Below, in pieces: positions 1 to 13,441 of a stretch of 64,000 nucleotides of DNA (position 1 is the stretch's first letter; every line of letters begins with the position of its first letter). Under the pieces are notes generated by a model. That model had not been told where the DNA came from. It saw nothing but the letters and a program-made list of their open reading frames with translations, and searched no databases. This DNA is from Octopus sinensis. Taxonomy: Eukaryota. Location: assembly GCF_006345805.1 (NCBI RefSeq), contig NC_042998.1, positions 52,700,001 through 52,764,000 of the forward strand. Reading direction: 5' to 3'. Both the position numbers and the translations under genes were made by a program.

Positions 1-207
1 ATAAAAAAAAATTGCTTTAGATGTATTTATTGCAAGAAACAACCAGGTTTCTTTCTTTAATGCTTAACATAGTTCAACCTACACAAATGAAAGAGTGAAT
101 AACGAAAGAGGAATTTTGAAAGAAATATCTATAAAATTCATTTTAAACATCAAATGGCTATGATGGTAATCAAAAGGATCCATAAGTAGAAAATGGTTGA
201 GAGCCAT

Positions 208-618
208 AGGTGTAGGAGTGGCTGTGTGGTAAGTAACTTGCTTACCAACCATATGGTTGCGGGTTCAGTCCCACTGCATGGCACCTTGGGCAAGTGTCTT
301 CTACTATAGCCTCAGGCCAACCAAAGCCTTGTGAGGGGATTTCGTAAACGGAAACTGAAAGAAGCCCATCGTATATATGTATATATCTATATATGTATGT
401 GTGTGTATATGCTTGGGTGTCTGTGTTTGTCCCACCCAACATCGCTTGACAACAGATGCTGGTGTGTTTACATTCCTGAAACTTAGTGGTTGGCAAAAGA
501 AACCGATAGAATAAGTACTAGGCTTACAAAGAATAAGTCCTGGGGTTGATTTTCTCAACTAAAGGTGGTGCTCCAGCATGGCCACAGTCACATGACTGAA
601 AATAAGTAAAAAGAGTAA
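208..618 (+). mobile_element. SINE family A (tRNA head, CORE-like CCTTGGGCAAGTGTCTT, internal microsatellite, AAAAGAGT tail)
   Basis: A/B-box-like head TGGCTGTGTGG...GGTTCAGTCCC; the same ~400-bp sequence recurs many times in the window. Confidence 0.9.
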
Positions 619-1246
619 CCCCTGATCTATATCATATATAGATGCACACTCACACACACACACAAATATCATATATGTATACATACACACTCATACATAT
701 ATATGCATTTATACATAAATACATACACAATCATGAATATATTATGTGTGTGCATGTGTACTTTATGTAAGTGTGAGTGTGTGAATGTGTCAGTGAGTGT
801 ATGTGGAGTGTGTTTGATTAGGTTCACGAGACTAAATGTCCCGTGAACCTTCTTGACGTCTGGGGTGTCCCCCACCCCATGATGTCACAGGGAAAAAAAA
901 GCTTTCTATAGATAAGTAAACAAAGACTCATAGAGAAAAAACAAGAACAACCAGTTGTATTTCACAATCAATAGGTAATTTACACACACCTGCCCTACAA
1001 AGACTGATTAACAAACCACACCAACCCACAAGCAAACAAAATAAAAAAAAAATCTTGTACAACAGCCTTAAAGAATATAAAAATAATATTGTCACTTTGC
1101 CCATACCAAAGACTTATAAAAATACTTGTATATAGCTAGATTGAATAAAATAACTAAATGCCACCCAAAAGGTTTGTAGCCTGGTGTCTATGTTAGAAAC
1201 CAATATCATAATTATTATCATCATCACCATTATTATTACTATTATA

Positions 1247-1690
1247 GTGTTGAGCTGGCAGAATCATTAGCACACCGAGAAAAAATGCTTATCGGCATTT
1301 TTGTCCGTCTTTACATTCTGAGTTCAAATTCCGTCATGGTCAACTTTGCCTTTCATCTTTTCAGGGTTGATAAACCAGTTTAGTACTAGGCTCACTGTAA
1401 TTAACTTACAACCCCACCCACACCCACAATTGCGGACCTTGTGTGAAAATCTGAAACCAATGTTATTACTATAATTATTATTATTATTATTTATATTATT
1501 ATTATTATTATTATTATTATCATTATCTAGGCGGAGAGCTGGCAGAGTTGTTAGTATGCTGGGTAAAATGCTTAGCAGCATTTTCATTTATCTTCACATT
1601 CTGAGTTCAAATTCTGCTGAGGTTGACTTTACTGTTCATCTTTTTGGGGTTGATAAAACAAGTATTAGTTGACCATGGGATCCATGCACT
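1247..1690 (+). mobile_element. Two chained SINE family B copies (GGCGGCGAGCTGGCAGA head; GACTTTGCCTTTCATCCTTTCGGGGTCGATAAA central domain)
   Basis: Copies at 1247-1470 and 1530-1690 separated by (ATT)n. The central domain resembles the Meta/Sauria-type SINE domain (recognition by eye). Confidence 0.8.
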
Positions 1691-2173
1691 GACCACAAAT
1701 ATGATTTCACACATACATATATGTGTGTGTGTAAGTGTAGTGGCTCACTCTATATCTGACTTTGAGTAAAGCATTTAATGTATAAAAGGTACAGTGGTTG
1801 AGTATAAGGGCTGATAATCCAAAATTGGAGGATGCTGTTTGTATTGAGTACACTGAGTACATCAGAGGGAAGGTGTAAAGAGAATTAATGATGTGTTAAG
1901 TTAAGCATGGTACCAGATAATTGCAGACATATGAGGACCCATAATGGTTGGGCTCGGTATCAGAGAACTTATGAAGAGGTTCTGAAATATCTGAAGGGCT
2001 CTTCTCTCCTGGCCCTACTCTGTCAACTAAGGCTCCTTTGAATTTTAAGAGGAACCTGCTCCTAGGGGACCTGAAAGTGCTTGCTCCACCTTGGAAAATT
2101 TCTTTATAAGGGTTCTTAAAAGGAAATATACTTATAGGCTTTAGAAAATCCATTCTTGAAAAACGAGTTACTA

Positions 2174-2495
2174 TTCTTTTATTCTTTTATTTGTTTCAGT
2201 CATTTGACTGCAGCCATGCTGGAGCACCACCTTTAGTCGAACAAATCTATTCTTTGTAAGCCTAGTACTTATTCTATCGATCCTTTTTTGCTGAACTGCT
2301 AGATTACGGGGACATAAACACACCAGCATCAGTTGTCAGGCAATGGTGGGAGGACAAGCAAAGACATAAACACACACATACATATATACATATGTATATA
2401 CATACAGTTTCCATCGGCCCAAGGTGCCATGCAGTGGGACTGAACCCAGACCTATGTGGTTGGTAAGCATGCTACTTACCACACAGCCACTCCTA
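2174..2495 (-). mobile_element. SINE family A (internally deleted)
   Basis: Reverse complement of the family A tail and head. Confidence 0.85.
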
Positions 2496-2729
2496 TTGAT
2501 AACATTGATAATTTTGTGATTTTATTCCTTTATAAAGTTGTTTACACACAACATTCTGAATAATACGTTTTTCAAGACACCTGATATAAACCATTTCTTT
2601 TCTTTTCATTTATTTTTTTTTACATTTTTCTCAATGTTTAACTTCAAAACATTATTTCTTTTTAAAATGTTACTAACAAAATATGCCACTTATTGTAAAT
2701 TTAATTGCCAGTGACCCATAATAATGAAC

Positions 2730-3098
2730 AAAACTGAGAACAACACAAGTTCAAATGGATATTATACTATGTCAATAATAGATCCTATACATGGTTACTT
2801 GACTTGCTAAAAATAACAAGCTAAAATTTCCTTCTGTAACTGAGAACCACAGAAGTTATACCATGCCAACAAGAGACCCTATACATGGTTGACTGAACTG
2901 CTAAAAATAACTGATCAAAATTCCTCACTGCGAATGAGAACAATGCCAGTTTAACCAGAAACCATACCATACTAACAAGACATTACCTCCCATAACTGAG
3001 AACCAAATAAGTTTAAATGGAAGACATACCACGCCAACAAGAAATTCTATATGTGGTTGGTTGACCTGCTAAAATTAACTGACCAAAATTCCCTTCCG
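2730..3098 (+). repeat. Degenerate tandem repeat, ~95-100-bp unit
   Basis: ATACCA.GCCAACAAGA..CCTATACATGGTT..T.GA..TGCTAAAA.TAAC recurs at ~2761, 2857, 2963 (partial) and 3025. Confidence 0.7.
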
Positions 3099-3410
3099 TC
3101 ACACCTTTTCAGTAGGATATGACAGAAGACTTAGCATGATGGCATGTGTACTTCCCCCAGTACACATGGCATCATATAATCCAAAATACTCTGTCTGGAA
3201 AATAACCCATGATGGCTGTGGAAGAATGCCTTTGAACATAGCTCTTACATAGGTCTAAGCAACAACAGAAAACATACCCATGTACATACATATATAGCTG
3301 TATGGTAAGAAAGTGAGATTGAACCTCAAGCAGTTGTCTTCTACAGCTCTGGGTAAACCAAAGGATTTGTGAGTGAATTTGATACACAAAAACTGAAAGA
3401 AGCCTGCCAT

Positions 3411-3445
<35 letters not shown>

Positions 3446-3517
3446 CATATATATATATATACATACATGCATACATACATATGCACACATACATGCGTAC
3501 ATACATACATACATGCA

Positions 3518-3550
<33 letters not shown>

Positions 3551-3810
3551 TTATGGTGTTTGTGTGAGTCTGTGCTACAGTTTCGTTCCTTGACTTTGCC
3601 TGACGGCTGTATGCAAATGTTAGAATCATGATGCCCTTCATGTCCAATTTTGCATGAAAACATGTCTAAACCAAGGAGTAATACTACCTTACTTCAAAAC
3701 AAGCAAGGGTTGATGAGATGAAGGGCATCTGGCCATATAAAACCTACTTTAAAAAATTCTATCCAAATCATGTAAGCATGGAAAAGTAGATGATAAAAAC
3801 GATGATGATG

Positions 3811-3850
<40 letters not shown>

Positions 3851-3887
3851 GGATTCATTGATGGAAACTCACAGAAGCCCCCCCCCA

Positions 3888-3920
<33 letters not shown>

Positions 3921-4854
3921 TCATATATATGTATGTATTATGTAGGTAGTTGAGTATTATTTAATTTCTCTATCTTAAGAATTTCTAATAGGGAATTCTT
4001 TACATCTCTATATAACATGTAAATCTTTACAATTCCTATTAGCAAAAGAAACATGTGTAATGGTGAATGAATAATACCAAAAAGTATCCAATTCCTGTTT
4101 TGTTATCTATCTATTTATCTATATACATGTGTGTGTGTGTGTGTGTTCCCACTATTTTTCACAACCAGTGTTAATTTGTTTATGTCCCCATAACTTACTA
4201 GGTCAGAAAAAAGAGATCAATTAAATAAGTATAAGGCAACAAAAAATAAATATTGGGGTCAGTTCACTCAAATAGATAGTGCCCCAATATAGCCACAGTC
4301 CAACGATTGAAACAAGTAAAAAAAAAAAACTCAAAGATATCTGTAGTCAGTATATACATGTGTGAAACAGCACAAGGTTTATAGGTAATATAGTTTACTT
4401 GAAAAGACTTGGCAATCCTATCAAACATCATTAAAAAGAGAAGTGTGTGTGTGTGTGTGTGTATGTGTGTGCGGGCACATGTGAACATTGTATATCATTG
4501 ATGAAGTAGAGAGGAAGGAGATAGAGAAATAAAGCTGTTTACTCTCAGAACGTGTACAAGAAAAACTAGCTGGATGTTTGATGTTTTAATGTGCTTAGTG
4601 AAGGTTATCTTAACCTAGAATACCTCTCAGATCTAACAACAACAACAGCAGCAGCTACAGCATGAAGAAGAAGAACAACAACAATGATTTTTTTTATTTG
4701 CCACCAGGGCAATGGATGAGGGGGGGGTAGTTTGAAAACAAGGTTTGGGGATTTACATAGAATGGAATGATTTAAAAAAAAAAAGAAAGGTTGTATATAT
4801 TGGTATACAGTATTAACAAGGAAGTATACATCATATACAATATATGTGAAGGAA

Positions 4855-4889
<35 letters not shown>

Positions 4890-4937
4890 CAACTTCAACA
4901 ACAACAACAACAACAACAATAACAATAATAATAATAA

Positions 4938-5375
4938 TCCTTTCTAATATAGGCACAACGACTAAAATTTGGGGATGGGGACGAGTCAATTACACTGACT
5001 CCAGTGTTCCATTGGTGCTTAATTTATTGACTCTGAAAGGATGAAAGACAAAGGCGGAATTTGAACTCAGAACGTAGCGACAGATGAAATACTGCTAAGA
5101 ATTTTGCCTGGCATGATAATGATTCTGCCAGCTTGGTGCCTTAAATTATTATAATAATAATCCTTTCAACTAAAGGCACAAGGCCTGAAATTTTGTGGGG
5201 GAGAAGACTAGGCGATTGCATCAACCTCAGTGTTTCACTGGTACTTAATTTATTGACCCCAAAAAGATGAAAGGCAAAGTCAACCTCAGTGGAATTTGAA
5301 CTCAGAACATAAGAATGGATGAAATGCCGCTAAACATTTTGCCCAGCATGCTAACGATTCTGCCAGCTCTCTGCT
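4938..5375 (-). mobile_element. Two chained SINE family B copies
   Basis: Copies at 4938-5145 and 5160-5375, each ending AGAAAGG(ATT)n on the minus strand. Confidence 0.8.
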
Positions 5376-5399
5376 GAAGATGACCAAATATTATCATTC

Positions 5400-5696
5400 T
5401 GGACAAAATGTCAAAAGAGTGCTTCAATATAGATGTTGCTTTGTCAGCTGATATGAATGTAGTGGTCAAAGAACAGGAAAAAAATAGGAAAATGCTAAGA
5501 CTTGGCTAGAGAAATGCATGAACTGTGGAGGGTTTCTGCATAAGTAACCCCAGTGGTTATAGGCACTGTAGGTACTATTACCAACAGATCAAGTAGATTT
5601 TTTATTGAGATCAGTGTAAGAAAGAGAATTGCATAAGTACAGAAATCTACTCTATTAGGAACTGCTAGGATTGTTCAAAAGGTCTTTGATATCTAA
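5400..5696 (+). mobile_element. R4/Dong-like non-LTR retrotransposon RLE-domain fragment
   Basis: IDVALSADMNVVVKEQEK...DLARE...VTPVVIGTVGTI...VQKSTLLGTARIVQKVFDI*, typical of the R4-clade C-terminus (D.A.P.D....KE.EK...PVVIG.LG...QK..LLGTA). Confidence 0.75.
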
Positions 5697-5988
5697 GGAA
5701 ACTGGTTGTGACTTGGTATTAAAGATATTGATTCCAAATGTAACACATTTGTGCATACCATGCAATAATAGCAATAAGAAGAAGGGATTAGTTGATTAAT
5801 CTCAGTACTTGACTGGTACTTTATTTTATAGACTCTGAAAGGACAAAAGGCAAAGTTTGACCTTGGCTGGATTTGAACTCAGAATGAAAAGAGTCAGAGG
5901 AAATGCCACTAAGCATTTTTCTGATGCACTAACAACTATGTTAGTTCATTATTATTATTAGTAGTAGTAGTATTAGTATTATTATTAA

Positions 5989-6199
5989 GGCAGTGAGCTG
6001 GCAGATTTGTTAGCACACCAGGTGAAATTCTTAGCGATACTTCGCCTGTTGCTACATTCTGAGTTCAATTTCCTTCGCGGTTGACTTTGCCTTCATCATT
6101 TCGGGTTCAGTAAATTAAGTACCAGTGAAACACTGGGGTCGATGTAATTGGCTAGTCCCTTCCCTCAAAATTTCAGGCCTTGTGCATATAGTAGAAAGG
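5989..6199 (+). mobile_element. SINE family B
   Basis: Follows (ATT)n and ends AGAAAGG(ATT)n. Confidence 0.85.
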
Positions 6200-6212
6200 A
6201 TTATCATCATCA

Positions 6213-6279
<67 letters not shown>

Positions 6280-8199
6280 TAGTAGTACAGATGCAATACT
6301 AGGCAGTGACTGACAATAGTAGTTGTTGACATGAGCAGAAGTAGTTAGGGAGCATCATAGCCATGTGTTGAAACAAATTCCTTATGGTTTGAATATTTCA
6401 GCTCTGGAAACATGGGTGTTTCATTTCAGAGGCCTTTTGAGCAGGACGGCCTTCTTGGCCTGAAAAGAATTCTAACTGGGCCCCACCTGTAAGGTCATAT
6501 ACTGTTTACCTTGATATAAGGTCATCATGTTGTACACATATGGTTGCGATGAATATGCCTGGTGTATACTTATCACATGTGTAGTCATGATGGGTATATT
6601 GGGCTTTATGTATTTGTACCTCAAGGTCACTTCGATGACATGCATTGCTCTCTCAATCAATAATAATGAAGACAATGATTACTAATAATAACAAATATCA
6701 TAAAATAAAGAAAAAAAAAAGAAGAGCAACAACAAGAAAAAAAATTATAAATAAAACATAAGAAATATTTGTGTTAAAGCTTGAAACATATTCAGATGCT
6801 ATTTTTGTAATCTTTTGTGTGAATTTTCTGATGAGAGTTTAACACATTTAATTTCAATAGAAATTTCAACAACTTCTGTCTTTTTTTTTTTTTTTTTTGT
6901 TTGCTGTATCAAGTTTGTTTTATGACCTCTAGTATAACACATGCAGCAGAAATAAATATATAAATGTAGTTAATGCAATAAAAGAGGTAAACCAAAATGG
7001 GTTTTTTGTTTTTTCGTTTTCTTTGCTTCCTCTTTCATTTTCTTTCACCTATATCTTTAGGCCTTTTTTCAGAATAACAATTAGGTTAACCTGGGATTGT
7101 AGGAGATAATTAAGAATAAAAAAAAAAAACACTAACTAAAGAAGGCATAGTTATGTAAGATAGTGGAGCTTTTGTTGAAAGCATTAGAAACAGAGTAATA
7201 TGTGTGTCTGTAGTTCATGGCCAGTTGTTGATCCCTTTCAAAAGATATTTTTGTTTATTTTTATTTATTGTCTTTTTATATTGTGTATTTTGTGAAAAAA
7301 AAACCACAACAGATAATGGGATTCTCAACAAGCTAATCACTAGTTCGCCATATTTACGAAGCCAAGAGATACTAACTGTCTTTGGGGCAGCTCAGGTACA
7401 AGGAAGCAAGGAAGTTGTATTTGATACATCAACAACAACACATATGCACACTTACTAATCAATCTATCCAGTCATCCAGCATGTGTGTGTAAATATATAT
7501 ATATATATATATATATTATATTAATTATATTTATTTTTTGTTTTTTATGTTTTGGTTTATGTCTATCACTGTTTGAGTTGCCTAATAGTGGTTTTATCTC
7601 TAATTTAATTTATATATATATATATATAAGCACCCACTACACTCACGGAGTGGTTGGCATTAGGAAGGGCATCCAGCCATAGAAACGTTGCCAGATCAGA
7701 CTGGGCCTGGTGCAGCCTTCTGGCCTCCCAGACCCCAGTTGAACCATCCAACCCATTCTAGTTGAAAGAGACATTTGGCTGCTATTTTTAGCAGGTTCAG
7801 CAGCAACCATGGAAGGTTCTATCATAGACTTCTTTGGGTCAATAGGTAGCAGTTTGATAGCGGAAGGAGGCAGAGAAGGAGGAAGAGATTTTAAACTAAG
7901 GAAAGATCTTATCCTGGAGGAGGACCATCTTGAAGAATCATTAACTGAGCTTCTTACATATTCCATAATACTCAAAGTATTAATTTCATTGCACTTGTGA
8001 AATATATCACAATTCTTTCTGGATTTGGCACTTTACCAGTTTGTCTTTGAGTGACGTTCTTTGATGTTCAGAAATTCATACTGGTACAATCTATTTCTAA
8101 GAACTAATTGTTTACAGGACAAACAACTGAGATAGTAATATCATATCTTTCTTCCTTTTCCATGTACCATATCTTCAAGTGGCAGCAATCATCAACCTC

Positions 8200-8620
8200 T
8201 ACCTGCTCTTGTGTCACACATGACCTAGCAAGGTACTGGAACATTCTTTCATGTTGGCAGTTGGTAAGGTTATTGAGTTTCTTCTCTTTCTGTCTTTCCT
8301 AGCTTCTTTTGGTTTTTCCTGATGTCATTAATCGTTCAAGGCTTTCTCTTCTCATACAATATTCAATGAACATTGCTTTTTGTGTTCATATTGTCAAGAA
8401 TTTTTTTCTGGTATTTCCTGCTCACCTAAGGATTTTGTTGTTATTCTATCTGTACACTATACCATACAAATCAATGTTGTATATAGTGTAAATATTCAAA
8501 CATTGTCGCTACCTTTCTGAATCCTGCTGCATTTCACATGAAATTTTTGGTCCTTGAAAATCATCTTGGTGTGTAAGTCAACATTCCTTTTTTGGTTGCA
8601 TATTTTCGTCTGGAAAATTC
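8200..8620 (-). mobile_element. Degenerate RTE-clade LINE C-terminal fragment
   Basis: Minus strand contains MRRESLERLMTSGK, matching the RTE pattern GHIMRRE.LE.L..TGK; many stops. Confidence 0.55.
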
Positions 8621-8695
8621 AGCTTGTGTGCTGGAAAATACAGTAGATTGTCTTTGACTTTAGTCTGTCAAACTGCATTTCAGCTGCACTAATAT

Positions 8696-9043
8696 GAAAG
8701 TGCATGGCTCAATGGTTAGAGCAATGGGCTCACAATCATGATGTAGTGCATTTGGTTCCTGGACTGTGCTGTATGTTGTGCAAGACACTTTACTTTTTCA
8801 TGTTGCTCCAGTTCACTCAGCTGTAAAAATGAGAGGTGACATCACTGGTGCCAAGCTGCATTAGCAGTTACCTTTCTTTTGGATAACATCAGTGGTGTGG
8901 AGAGGGGAAGCTGGTATGCATGAGCAACAGCTGGTCTTCCATAAACAACCTTGCTCGAACTTGTGCCTTGGAGCAGCACTTTATAGGTGCAATCATGGTC
9001 ATTCATGACTGAAGGGAATCTTTTACCCTTTACCTTACCTTTT
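8696..9043 (+). mobile_element. SINE family C (tRNA head plus CTTGAGCAAGACACTTTATTTCAC core), tail type 1
   Basis: Matches 38881-39225 and the partial reverse copy at 15478-15680. Confidence 0.85.
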
Positions 9044-10732
9044 AATATGACCACTGTCACAGGAAATATGAGATAACAAATGGTCTCTGCCTGTGTTTTC
9101 AAGTATTTCAATTACTAAATTCAGTTTTCCTTATATATATAAACAAGCTTCTTCTTTGTTTTCTCTTTAATATATATATACCAAAACTCCAAGTTCTTGT
9201 GAATACATCAAGACTACTAAGATAATCTGACTTTAAGTTTCTGATTAAAAGGTGCTCACCACATTAGGTGTACTTACTTCACCATTTATTTTGAATGTAG
9301 ATAATATCCCTGGGTTACGTAATTTCTCTCGAGATTTATGTTGTATTGTGCAAAATATCTACAATCTGTGTCTGCATATGTGTATATTCCTATCTCTTCA
9401 TCAATCTAGCTGACCCATTGACAAGGAGATCTAATAAAACAAAAACATGCCTGAATTGTTAATATGTTTGCCTCAGATAAGACAATTCTTCTTCTTCATC
9501 ACATTGTTTATTGCCAGTTCAATATGAATGGGACAAAATGCAAATTACTAGGTATGTTTGTCTGTAGGAGCAATGAGGACCATCTAATCATACCGAAAGA
9601 TGACTGATGATTTGTGCAGTCAATTTATTTAATAGGTGTGTGCATGTGTGTGTGTGTGCATGCACATGTGCATGTACACTTGTGTTTTGTGTCTGTTTTT
9701 GTCCCCCACTACTGCTTGACAACTGGTGTTGATGTGATTGTATTCCCATGATTTAGCAGTTTGGAAAAAATATATCGATAGAATAAGTACCAAGCACTCT
9801 CAAGATCATTCTCTCATCTGTAACCATCTTCAATCCAGCGGCAAGACCAGGTCAAGATGACTTGGAACAGAGAAGGGTGAAGTAGAAGACCACAGTGTCC
9901 TCCTTGCCTCTTCTCACTCTCTACTCTGCAATGAGTTGCTGAAGTCATCCCCTCTACCTTCCATTGCACCATGAAACTTTCACCAGAAACAGAGTTCCCC
10001 AGCAGACCCAGTTTTCACATGCATAGAGAGGCAAACCCTAACATGCTTATTAATCCATAGGCGGAACCCTGACAAGTGATACTACTCAGGGATAATGCAG
10101 ACATGGGGGAAAATAGTGCTCAAGAGATGGTTCCACACTCCTGAAAATCCTGGAACTCCCAAACAAGGGTTCCACCACTGGAAGCAGTTTAAAGCCATAC
10201 CCAGGCCCAAAAATTACCAGTATTTACTCAACAATTACAACAGATTGTTCTAAGAGACCTTGAAATTTCAATTCTAAAATGAACTAAAGATAATTTATGG
10301 ACTGTTTATCAGCTGGTGAAGGCCAGCAAATCAGCACAAGAGAAACACTGATGCCTCAAGAGTCACGTGTTGCTGGTAACATGAAAAACAAGAAAAGTAA
10401 AGAAACAAAACTAGACTAATAGTTCTAGTTATGTGAGTACATATATATACATATAAATACACACATGCACACATTCACTCACACACACACTTCAAATCAT
10501 TTAATCATGAGAAAATATGTGCAATGGTTTCCAAAAGTGGGCTGACTGTAAACCAGACAAAAATAGAAAATTTTCCAAGGTTAGAGCTTTATGATTTTTA
10601 TGTATATAAAATTGTTTTAACATCATCTTGGAGATAATAGTGTTTTGAATCCAGCCATGATTTTATCAAACATTACACTGAGTGTATGACAGCGCAGTAA
10701 ATGTGATGGGTTATATACTATTCTGAGTTTAA

Positions 10733-10952
10733 CCCTTTAGCATTTAATCCAGCCATATCAGGCCCAAATAATCTATCTGTTTTATGTTAAAACTGACCAG
10801 ATCCAACTGCTCGCACCTAACCTACAATGTCATACTAAAAATATACAAACATACCATTGAAATCTTGAAGCTATAAGATAAACTGTGATTAATTCAAAAT
10901 AACATGAATAGATAAGCTTTACTTTTGAAAGAGTAATCTGAATGTTAAAGGG
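10733..10952. mobile_element. piggyBac-type MITE
   Basis: TTAA|CCCTTTAGCATT...AATGTTAAAGGG|TTAA: TTAA duplication at 10729-10732 and 10953-10956 with CCC/GGG termini. Confidence 0.85.
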
Positions 10953-13441
10953 TTAATTTAATGTTCCGTGACTCCTTTTGTAGTCTAAGTTGAAATGAAG
11001 GAAATGTGACTGTGATCACTGGAACCCTTTTGATGCTGAGATTGATGCAGCTGAAGAAAAACGGCTGAATTAATAAGACAAATAATGATGATATGAATGA
11101 GAGTAGTGCTGTGTGGTTCAGTAGTTCACTATACAGCTACATGGCTCTAAGTTTGCTCCAACTGTGCCATGTGTCAGAAAATGAATTGTTCAGGTTGGAG
11201 ACTATCATCTTGAGTTAACCAATACCTTGTGTGTGGAAGCCAATAGACTAAAACTGTAACTGCCTTCAAAGTACATGCATGTGTGTATGTATCTGCATGT
11301 GTATATGTGTATGTGTGTGTGTGCATGTGTGTGTATTTGTGTGCATGTGTGTGTGTGTGTGTGTTTGAGCATATGTATTTGTGTGGTTAACTACATGGTT
11401 TCAGATTTATTTTCACTGCACAATAGCCAGTGTGCTTTCTACCACAGTCTTGGACTGATTTAAGCCTTGCTGAGCCTTAACTATATATTATTATCATTGT
11501 CATATAAGCAGTGTCATTCATTTGCGGCCTTCCATGAAAGAATGTCTAGAAATTGGGGTGTTTGTATTAAAAGAACTAAAGGGAATATTGCTTCAAAACA
11601 GGTAAGGATCAAAACAAATGAGGATCTAATTAGAAAAGATCTGTCTCAACAAATTTCATTACATCCATACAAGTAATGATGAGAATCAAGATATAAATAT
11701 GGATGGCAAAGTGAATCAACTAGTAACACTCTCTTGTCACTGTCACTGTTAGAAATGTAGTAATTAGAAGAGGCTTCTTCATTAGCTCAAATGTTAGCAT
11801 CTTGTTTAATTATTTTTTAATGCCAGCATTTCTTCAGAACTTTCCTCTCATCAAATATTAACATATAACTACACAGAAAGCAAAGCCAAAATACAAACTA
11901 AGCTAAAATCCACAAGTAATTCCTCCCATGTTTTCAGTTTGGAAAGTAATGGTGTAGCAAGGAGTGTACTGACCACTTCATATATGTATGCTTGCTGTAG
12001 TTGAAGGTATGTTACTTAAGGAAAGAGGCAACCAATTTTTCTATCACACAGCACAGCCAAAACCCACTCAGTATCACTGTAAGAAAGATATAATGGAAGT
12101 GTGAGTTCTCAACAAATTTTTCAAACGAGTACCATATTTAGTAGTAGTAATATTGGAGCATGCACTGTAACAGTGCATAGCTGCATCTACCATTTGTTGG
12201 TGATTCCCTACTCTTGGTGGATAATATCTTTGCACTATTCAGGCAACAACCTTCCAACTGATGGGTCTGTTTTGGTAGTTGTTATTGGTGAGGGTTTTAC
12301 AAGGTTGGAGTACAAATCCTACCTTAGCTGCTTTTGATCACCTTTTACGACATGCAGAAGAAACATTGGGTCCAATTTTTGACATGCCAATCCCCATACA
12401 TCACTAGAGCAATGTGAAATGAGGTGTTTTACTCAAGAATGTAATACACTGTCCAGTCTGGGAATTGAACCCGTTATCTAGTGATCATGAGTGTAACACC
12501 CTGACCACCAGGCCACGTGCCTTCATGTGCCATATTTGATGGGATGAAAAGAAAGGAGAAAAGTTTGATACACAGGCAAAATAGATGCAAGGGGATATTT
12601 GATGCATCCCAGTTTCAGCAGCTCATTTGCAAGTAAAACAATTTGTAATGCACTAAAGGAGAATTAATTTATGGCAAGTTCAACTTTACATATAGGACTT
12701 GGGGTCGTTTTTCGAGATAAGTGCATCTTGTACGCCATGGAATACAATAAGTGTTGGAAAACAAATGGTAAATACAAAATGAGAAAAGGCAAAAACGACA
12801 ATAGCTTTCGCATAAAGAAAAGTTTTACTCTTGCAAGAGAACAATTGCAACTCCAGTTCAGATATAAAGTTAGCTGAGAACTAAAATAAATCTTGTTAAT
12901 GAGAATTCGTGTGTGGAAAGTGTGTTGCAATAAAAGCAATATATCACAGCTGAAATTTAATTAAATAACAGACTAATGAAGAATGTGACTGACTGAATAA
13001 TACATGTTTTAAAGTCAGAAATATAAAGTCAGAAACAATACAGATTGCATGGCTGGAATAAAGGCTATGGAAATCATCCAAAAAAATTCAATCAAAGCCT
13101 CAATTACTTTCCAATTATTAATGTCAAAGCAACTTGACAATTGATTGAGACTAAAGTTTTGTGTTTGTCTCTATGCATGAATGATTTTCAATGTTTATTC
13201 ACTTGTTATTTATAGATATTTACTGAGGCACATCTATTTGAAGTGGTGATGAGTACTCTGAAATGAATCAGTCTGGATAGGTGGATTTCGAACTGACTTA
13301 GTGTCCTGACACCTATTTGTCTCCAACGAAAAATTTTCTCTATGACAAAAATACAAAGAATGGCTTTCTTATGGTTTCAAATATGCCTGAAGCATATTTG
13401 AATTGGTAACAAGTTTATATTTCTATTTATTGTTAATAGTA

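Noticed and set aside
208-290. tRNA-like A/B boxes at SINE heads (also 32731, 38881, 17279 and others)
   Set aside because: No complete cloverleaf or acceptor stem, and they continue into SINE bodies; not tRNA genes.
3105-3215. Minus-strand open segment PSWVIFQTEYFGLYDAMC, loosely like the PTP Q-loop
   Set aside because: Similarity is superficial and the donor is weak; it overlaps a small hairpin.
3694-3760. Minus-strand GFIWPDAL resembling the PTP WPD loop
   Set aside because: It derives from the GATGCCCTTC repeat motif, and the frame stops with no other PTP residues.
7643-7975. 110-aa minus ORF (MSIMEYVRSS...)
   Set aside because: The 3' half is repeat-derived, there is no recognisable domain, and no consistent splice frame was found.
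9278-9358. 81-nt minus-strand candidate exon (IFCTIQHKSREKLRNPGILSTFKINGE|gtaagt)
   Set aside because: Good donor but weak acceptor and no PTP or other homology; needs RNA-seq.
11509-11601. 93-nt plus-strand candidate exon ending CAG|gtaagg
   Set aside because: No recognisable protein similarity and a poor polypyrimidine tract.
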